From NCBI GenBank assembly GCA_044358215.1, contig JBIKOE010000001.1:8818-72817 (forward strand): a DNA stretch of 64,000 bases. Direction: 5' to 3'. Source of the DNA: Crocinitomicaceae bacterium (GTDB lineage: Bacteria > Bacteroidota > Bacteroidia > Flavobacteriales_D > Crocinitomicaceae). The position numbers and the translations under genes were made by a program. The notes under the pieces were generated by a model. That model was not told the origin of the DNA, ran no database searches, and was given only the letters and a program-made list of their open reading frames with translations. Position 1 is the first letter of the stretch, and every line of letters begins with the position of its first letter. Positions 58,389-64,000 of the stretch are shown piece by piece.

Positions 58389-58396
58389 TATCTTTG
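58389..58396 (+). promoter_or_regulatory. -7 promoter box TATCTTTG upstream of folD
   Basis: Exact TAnnTTTG match 13 nt before ATG 58410. Confidence 0.4.
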
Positions 58397-58409
58397 TAAA
58401 AACTTTTAT

Positions 58410-59288
58410 ATGCAATTACTTGATGGAAAATCTTGCGCAGCTGAAATTCGCTCAGAGTTAAGAGAAATTGTTCGCTTACGCAAGTTAGAAAATAAAAAAG
58501 TTCCTCATTTAACGGCAATAATTGTTGGGCAGAATGGTGGATCTATTTCCTATGTAAATGCAAAAGTTGCCGCATGCGAAGAAATTGGCTTTGAAAGCAG
58601 TCTTATTTCCTTTGATGAATCAATAAGTGAGGAAGATTTATTATCAAAAATTCTAGAACTGAACAGTAATAAAGATATTGACGGGTTTATCGTTCAACTT
58701 CCTTTACCAAGTCACATTAACGAACTAAAAATAACGCAAGCAATAGATCCTAAAAAAGATGTTGATGGATTTCATCCTCAAAATTTAGGAAATATGATGC
58801 TCAATATTCCGAGCTTCTTGCCCGCTACTCCCGCTGGAATTATCGAACTTATTTCTCGAAATAATATCCAAACTGAAGGAAAAAATTGTGTGGTTATTGG
58901 AAGAAGCAACATCGTTGGAATGCCACTTTCTGTTATGTTAGCTCGGAATTCAAATCCTGGGAATTGTACTGTAACTTTGGCGCATTCAAAAACAAAAAAT
59001 CTAACGGAAATTTGTCGGAATGCGGACATTTTAATAGCAGCTATTGGAAAACCTGAATTTGTTACAAAAGAGATGGTAAAAGAAGGAGCTGTAGTTATTG
59101 ACGTTGGCACTACTCGTGTTGAAGATCCTTCGAGAGAAAGAGGTTGGCGCTTATGTGGTGATGTTAAATTTGATGAAGTGGCTGAAAAATGTAGTTTTAT
59201 CACGCCCGTTCCTGGCGGTATAGGTCCAATGACGATTGCGTCTTTAATGATGAATACCCTAAAAGCTCTTGAACTTCAAGGAAAATGA
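58410..59288 (+). CDS. folD: bifunctional methylenetetrahydrofolate dehydrogenase / methenyl-THF cyclohydrolase
   Basis: MQLLDGK..., YV..K......G, GFIVQLPLP, GRSNIVG.P and PVPGGIGPMT. Confidence 0.95.
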   Translation: MQLLDGKSCAAEIRSELREIVRLRKLENKKVPHLTAIIVGQNGGSISYVNAKVAACEEIGFESSLISFDESISEEDLLSKILELNSNKDIDGFIVQLPLPSHINELKITQAIDPKKDVDGFHPQNLGNMMLNIPSFLPATPAGIIELISRNNIQTEGKNCVVIGRSNIVGMPLSVMLARNSNPGNCTVTLAHSKTKNLTEICRNADILIAAIGKPEFVTKEMVKEGAVVIDVGTTRVEDPSRERGWRLCGDVKFDEVAEKCSFITPVPGGIGPMTIASLMMNTLKALELQGK

Positions 59289-59494
59289 ATACGAATTTTA
59301 AAATCGAAGGAGAATACATTGAACTTATGGCTTTGCTTAAAGCTTTGGGAATAGCTCAAACAGGTGGTCATGCAAAGCACATTGTAGATTCAGGTATTGT
59401 TTATCGGAATGGTTCAATTGAGACAAGAAGACGAGCGAAATTAATCAAAGGAGATAAAATTCTAATTGAAGATCAAAGTATAATCTTGTCTTAG
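59285..59494 (+). CDS. S4-domain RNA-binding protein (YbcJ-like)
   Basis: 69 aa. The pattern IELMALLKALGIAQTGGHAKHIV..G.V..NG..ETRRRAKL..GD is typical of the small S4 family. It forms an ATGA overlap with the folD stop. Confidence 0.7.
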   Translation: MNTNFKIEGEYIELMALLKALGIAQTGGHAKHIVDSGIVYRNGSIETRRRAKLIKGDKILIEDQSIILS

Positions 59495-59518
59495 CGAATA
59501 AAAATTAAATAAGGATTT

Positions 59519-60598
59519 TTATTTAATATACCTAAAATCTTGTCCGTCTTGAATTGTTTTTAGCGTTTCATAAATTAGGCGAATACAATTCTCAACATCT
59601 TCCTTTTGAACCATTTCAACGGTTGTATGCATGTATCTTAAAGGTAAAGAAATTAATGCGCTTGGCACACCTTCATTTGAATAAGCAAAAGCATCCGTAT
59701 CAGTCCCTGTAGAACGAGATACTGCAGCTCGCTGAAAAGGAATCTTATTGTTTTGTGCAACTGAAATAATTTGCTTTAAAAAATTTGTTTGCACAGCCGG
59801 ACCATACGTTAATACAGGACCATCTCCTGACTTCTGATCTCCATTTTCTATTTTATCAACCATTGGAGTGCTTGTGTCATGACAAACATCTGTAACCAAG
59901 GCAAGATGAGGTTTAATTCTGTGTGCAATCATTTCTGCACCTCTAAGTCCAATTTCTTCTTGAACTGCATTTACAACATACAAGGTAAAAGGAAGTGTGA
60001 TTTTTTCTTCTTTTAACATACGTGCAACTTCAGCAATCATAAAGCCACCTACTCTATTGTCCAATGCTCTACCAACGTATTTATTTTTATTAAGAAGCAT
60101 AAACTCATCTTCAAATGTCGCTACGCAACCAACATGAACTCCTAAATCCTCTACTTCTTTTTTACTAGCACATCCGCAGTCTAGAGAGATATTCTTCATA
60201 CTTGGAGTTTCTTCTTTTTGCTGTCTCGTATGAATTGCTGGCCAACCAAAAACAGCCTTAACAATTCCTTTATCTGTATAGATATTTACACGTTTTGACG
60301 GTGCAATCATATGGTCAGAGCCACCATTTCGCTTGAGGTAGATAAAACCATCTTTTGTAATGTAGTGAACAAACCAAGAAATCTCATCAGCATGCGCTTC
60401 TATCACAACTCGGTAATCTTTTCCAGGATTAATTATCCCTGCAACTGAACCATAATTATCTGTAAAATAATCGTCTACATAAGGTTTTATATATTCTAAC
60501 CATAATTTTTGACCTTCTGATTCAAATCCTGTAGGACTTGAGTTATTAAGGTATTTCTCCAAGAATTTTTCTGACTTTGTTGTAATAATCTTTTTCAT
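59519..60598 (-). CDS. M42-family metalloaminopeptidase (FrvX/glutamyl aminopeptidase-like)
   Basis: AHADEI, ALDNRVGG and QEEIGLRGA motifs. I re-called the start to MKKIITTKSEKFLEKY (ATG 60598), because the ORF-track start overlaps the upstream gene's end. Confidence 0.8.
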   Translation of the reverse strand: MKKIITTKSEKFLEKYLNNSSPTGFESEGQKLWLEYIKPYVDDYFTDNYGSVAGIINPGKDYRVVIEAHADEISWFVHYITKDGFIYLKRNGGSDHMIAPSKRVNIYTDKGIVKAVFGWPAIHTRQQKEETPSMKNISLDCGCASKKEVEDLGVHVGCVATFEDEFMLLNKNKYVGRALDNRVGGFMIAEVARMLKEEKITLPFTLYVVNAVQEEIGLRGAEMIAHRIKPHLALVTDVCHDTSTPMVDKIENGDQKSGDGPVLTYGPAVQTNFLKQIISVAQNNKIPFQRAAVSRSTGTDTDAFAYSNEGVPSALISLPLRYMHTTVEMVQKEDVENCIRLIYETLKTIQDGQDFRYIK

Positions 60599-60603
60599 AT
60601 TTT

Positions 60604-63600
60604 TTATTTCATTAATGTAACATTTCCTTTTGTAATTGATTTTAGCCCATTGTAACAAGTAACATCCAGATAAAAATCGTAAACATCTGGATCTAATTTT
60701 TTTCCTCTAAAAGTTCCATCCCATCCAATTTGTGGATTTTCTGACTCAAATACCAATTCTCCCCAACGATCAAAAATTCGAAAAATCATTTTTTCAATAA
60801 AAATTCCACGAACAAATAAAACATCATTGTTATCGTCCCCATTTGGAGAAAATGCATTTGGAATAAAGACATAGGGTTCTTCGCAGATAATTTCATACAC
60901 CTTAATTTGTAGAGTATCTGAACGTGTGCAAATACCATCCGAAACTGTTAATGTAAAAATAGTGTTTTCTTGAATAAGAGCATTTGTTTCCTGCGAGTTG
61001 GGCGAAGATAAACCCGTAGTTGGCGACCAAGAATAATTTGGAAGACTATTAGGTAAACCACTTAATACAACTGTTGCACCCGGAACGACAATATATTCCG
61101 ATGCACTTGCAAGTACTGATGAAGGATTTATAACAGAAACTAAAATAAAAATAGAGTCTTCTACAAAACAACCATTGGAAGATGCAGCTGATAGATAATA
61201 ATACTGTGAAAAAAGAGGTTGAACAACAATCGAACTTGAGGTATTTGAACCAATAATCCCAACAATTGGTGACCAAACATAATTAAAGGAAGTTGTAGGA
61301 TTTGTATTTGTTGCCGTCAATGTTGTTTGATCACCCAAGCATAAATTATTTCCACCGTTTAATATTAAATCGGAACTTGTGAAAGAAAGTAATACACTAT
61401 CAATTAGCGCGCATTCAGAATTTGAAGCTTGAACATAATAATAACCAGCTTGCGGATCATTTAATACAAAAAGAGAATCAGAAAAATCAAAATTTAAGGT
61501 ATCTGTAAAAAGAGAATTTGTTGACCAAATAAAATTACTTGCTGTTCCATTTGTGTAAGAAGTTAAGTTAATTGGAACTGGAGAACATAGGTCAATTCCA
61601 TCGATTATATTTAATTGAATATTTTCATAAATAGTAATTGTAATCTGAGCAGTATCTGTAATGTCGCAATCATTATCTGTTACGTATAAAAATACAGTGT
61701 AAACTCCGGGGATTGAATAGGTATAACTTGGCGAAAATGTTGTGGAGTCAAAGTTGTTATTTCCAAAATCCCATAAATACGTGTCATTTTCTGTTGAATT
61801 ATTTTGAAAAGTTATCGGGATTTCCTCGCAAGATGATGAAGAACTAGCTGTAAAATTAGCTATTGGAATTACATCTGTACTAAATTTAAAGACAATGTTA
61901 TTACAATTAGAACTGTTATTTGCCGCTGACCACGCTCCTGGTGTAGTTGGAAAATCGCTAAATCCTGTGCATCCACCGCAAACAGATTGATAAACGACAC
62001 CATTTTTATCAAAACGAGAGGTACCACCGTCTACATGTTCTTGTGCTTGACTGCCGCCCAAGTAAGATCCGTATAAGAGCCCTTGAAAATCTCTTTTTAT
62101 AACAATAAGATAAAAATCAAAACCATTTGGTGGAGTTCCTTGAAAAGCATCTGGTGTTACTGGCATCCCAATTAATGGTGTACCTTGAAGAATATTAGCT
62201 CCCCATCCAGAAACATAGATATTACCACAAATATCAACAAGAAAAGCAGAAGGTGAAATATGAATTGATGTCGAACCATTACCAAATACCGTAGACGCAA
62301 TATTGCTTGTTAAATTTGAATTTAACTCAATAATAAAGTTACTACTATTCGGATTTGAAAAAGTAGCATTAACAACAGGAAAAGTTCCTCCAACTGATTG
62401 ACCTAAAACATAAATATTATTGTTTTTATCAATTTCAACAAAAAAAGCTTGGTCGTAATTATTTTTTCCTAAATAAGTTGCTTGTTGAATTCCTAAACCA
62501 GTGGAATTTAATTTAACGACAAAACCATCCGTTATTCCACCATTATAGGTTGGTGAATAAGCTCCAACAGTTCCTGGTAAATCAGTAGATTGGGTTCCCC
62601 CTGAAAAAACAATTTGATTTGCCGTATCAATTTTAACAGAATAACATGCATCATCTGAAGAACCACCATAATAAGTTGAAAATAACAAGGATTGGAAATT
62701 TGAAGCTAATTTAAAAACTATTCCATCTTGCCCACCGGCATTTGAACTTTGAAAAGCATTGACGATAGGAAAGTCAATTGAACGAGAAGAAGATGCAATT
62801 AGAATATTGTTATTTTCATCCAACATAATTTCTCCTCTAAACTGATCTCCATAATTAGAAGTTAGAGCAGAATATGCAGCAGCTGAATTATAGGGCAAAG
62901 AAAGTGGATTGTAATTTACACCGTCATTTCCACTGCCCCCAACAAATGTTGAATTTAATAGATTATGTCCATTAGCACTGATTTTTGAAACAAAAATGTC
63001 AGTGCCTTGATTTTGAAAATACACTCCATTAGAAGTAAAATTTGCACCGGCAACTCCACCTGCATGATTTGGCTGAAAAGCACCAGAGGAAGTCGGGAAA
63101 TCTGAACTAGATGTTGCGCCCATCAAATAAACATTGTTACTCTGATCACAAATTAAACTATGAACTGTTTCAGTTCCTTGGGTATTATCTCCACCTCCAA
63201 TAAATGTTCCCCAAAGCATTGCGCTTCCATCGGAAGAATATTTAGAGACGAATACATCTGAAATACCGTATCCGATTGCACCTGCCACAAAGTTTGATTG
63301 AATATCATACGCCAAAACATCAGGAGCGGGATAATCATTTCCATAAATTGTTCCTGCGGTGTATGCAGTTCCATCATTTCCATAAGTAGCAGTCATTCCA
63401 AAATTATCAGAATTTGCACCATTATACGTTGCAAAAACTAAAATAGGATCAATAATTAATGGAGAGTTAGGATCGTAATTTCCAAGGTCAAACCGGACTT
63501 CATTGTCTTTTAAAATAAAGCGACATTTCACTTCTTTCCGTTGTCCATTTATTAACTGATAAGCGACAGGTTTATCCTCAATTACTTTACCTAAATTAGT

Positions 63601-64000
63601 TTCTAAAATCAAATTTCCCTTGTTGTCGATCTGAATCTTTTTCTGACCGCTATAGTCAAGAATTATTTGAGATGGATCGCTATTTTTCTGAACAATAAAT
63701 TCATATTTAACCTCATTATTTATCCCTGAAATTTTAAAATCAATTCCCTGATAGAAATTCTTTAAAATTGCTTCAGAATAAGAATGAACTTCAGATGTCC
63801 ATTTTTTTTGGTCATTTCCTTTAAAAAAATTAAAATAACTGCTTGAAGGATCTTTTTTTTCAATGTTAATTACTTCATTAGAACCTCTAAAATTTAAATG
63901 AACGAGCGTTTGACTTACATCTTGCCCCTTATAATTAGGTTCAGCCATTACATGTAACTTGGACATTGTCGAATAATCTTGAAGATGGAAAATAAGTTTG
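60604..64000 (-). CDS. giant T9SS type B cargo protein (SBBP beta-propeller repeats, PKD domain, gliding-motility C-terminal domain), N-terminus outside the window
   Basis: The frame remains open upstream of the ORF-track Met at 63966 through base 64000 (KLIFHLQDYST-MSKL...). It has SBBP-like repeats, a PKD domain (YLWDFGNNN...YTYSIPGVYTVFLYVTD) and the C-terminus FIPNAFSPNGDDNND...IFDRWGELVF...WDG. Confidence 0.85.
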   Translation of the reverse strand, partial: KLIFHLQDYSTMSKLHVMAEPNYKGQDVSQTLVHLNFRGSNEVINIEKKDPSSSYFNFFKGNDQKKWTSEVHSYSEAILKNFYQGIDFKISGINNEVKYEFIVQKNSDPSQIILDYSGQKKIQIDNKGNLILETNLGKVIEDKPVAYQLINGQRKEVKCRFILKDNEVRFDLGNYDPNSPLIIDPILVFATYNGANSDNFGMTATYGNDGTAYTAGTIYGNDYPAPDVLAYDIQSNFVAGAIGYGISDVFVSKYSSDGSAMLWGTFIGGGDNTQGTETVHSLICDQSNNVYLMGATSSSDFPTSSGAFQPNHAGGVAGANFTSNGVYFQNQGTDIFVSKISANGHNLLNSTFVGGSGNDGVNYNPLSLPYNSAAAYSALTSNYGDQFRGEIMLDENNNILIASSSRSIDFPIVNAFQSSNAGGQDGIVFKLASNFQSLLFSTYYGGSSDDACYSVKIDTANQIVFSGGTQSTDLPGTVGAYSPTYNGGITDGFVVKLNSTGLGIQQATYLGKNNYDQAFFVEIDKNNNIYVLGQSVGGTFPVVNATFSNPNSSNFIIELNSNLTSNIASTVFGNGSTSIHISPSAFLVDICGNIYVSGWGANILQGTPLIGMPVTPDAFQGTPPNGFDFYLIVIKRDFQGLLYGSYLGGSQAQEHVDGGTSRFDKNGVVYQSVCGGCTGFSDFPTTPGAWSAANNSSNCNNIVFKFSTDVIPIANFTASSSSSCEEIPITFQNNSTENDTYLWDFGNNNFDSTTFSPSYTYSIPGVYTVFLYVTDNDCDITDTAQITITIYENIQLNIIDGIDLCSPVPINLTSYTNGTASNFIWSTNSLFTDTLNFDFSDSLFVLNDPQAGYYYVQASNSECALIDSVLLSFTSSDLILNGGNNLCLGDQTTLTATNTNPTTSFNYVWSPIVGIIGSNTSSSIVVQPLFSQYYYLSAASSNGCFVEDSIFILVSVINPSSVLASASEYIVVPGATVVLSGLPNSLPNYSWSPTTGLSSPNSQETNALIQENTIFTLTVSDGICTRSDTLQIKVYEIICEEPYVFIPNAFSPNGDDNNDVLFVRGIFIEKMIFRIFDRWGELVFESENPQIGWDGTFRGKKLDPDVYDFYLDVTCYNGLKSITKGNVTLMK

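Noticed and set aside
58778-59203. 141-aa ORF antisense to folD.
   Set aside because: It is fully embedded antisense in a strongly conserved gene. It has no start context or promoter box, and its composition is Ser/Thr/Phe-rich low complexity, typical of antisense frames.
1-64000. I searched for CRISPR arrays, transposases or integrases, phage genes, restriction-modification, toxin-antitoxin or other defence-type ATPase/nuclease modules, and long inverted or direct repeats between intergenic regions.
   Set aside because: None found. Every ORF over 150 aa has either a housekeeping assignment or a secreted-adhesin architecture. The intergenic gaps are under 280 bp, and I saw no shared repeat elements among them. 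The YwqK-like protein has no partner toxin.

Overview
Low-GC Bacteroidota chromosome segment, probably class Flavobacteriia. The assignment rests on T9SS type A and type B C-terminal sorting domains, the bacillithiol genes bshA and bshC, TAnnTTTG -7 promoter boxes and A-rich, SD-poor leaders. The window holds about 56 tightly packed CDSs, one tRNA-Phe(GAA), and a 52-aa rpmH that the ORF track misses because it is shorter than 60 aa.

Most of the content is core housekeeping:
- Envelope: dksA-like, lspA, and a coaX / lptC neighbourhood.
- Carbon metabolism: zwf-pgl-edd with a separate eda (Entner-Doudoroff), and pckA.
- Redox: trxB, bshC and bshA.
- Protein folding: two periplasmic PPIases and dnaK.
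- Cofactors and biosynthesis: nadK, pdxJ, a polyprenyl synthase, carB, folD.
- Replication and translation: dnaG, rpmH.
- Cell wall: a murQ cluster.
- Proteases: an M16 peptidase pair and an M42 peptidase.
- Selenium: selD-selU.
- Other: an MsbA-like ABC exporter and meaB.

Five large secreted T9SS cargo proteins are interspersed: an L-type lectin adhesin, an LRR protein, a Reg_prop propeller, a lysyl-oxidase-like protein and a partial SBBP/PKD giant.

I see no transposase, integrase, CRISPR array, phage, toxin-antitoxin or recognisable defence module, and no convincing multi-gene novel system. The best leads are:
1. A T9SS-exported lysyl-oxidase-like enzyme, translationally coupled to a secreted beta-propeller.
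2. An Entner-Doudoroff plus thiol-redox supercluster with bshC-eda start/stop overlap.
3. A dual cyclophilin-FKBP immunophilin with a His-rich tail.
4. Unexplained operon couplings: PyrR-like-murQ-ureohydrolase, omp-bshA-meaB, and hydrolase-selU-selD directly behind the dnaK terminator.

Several ORF-track starts are over-extended. I re-called them using internal promoter boxes and signal peptides.
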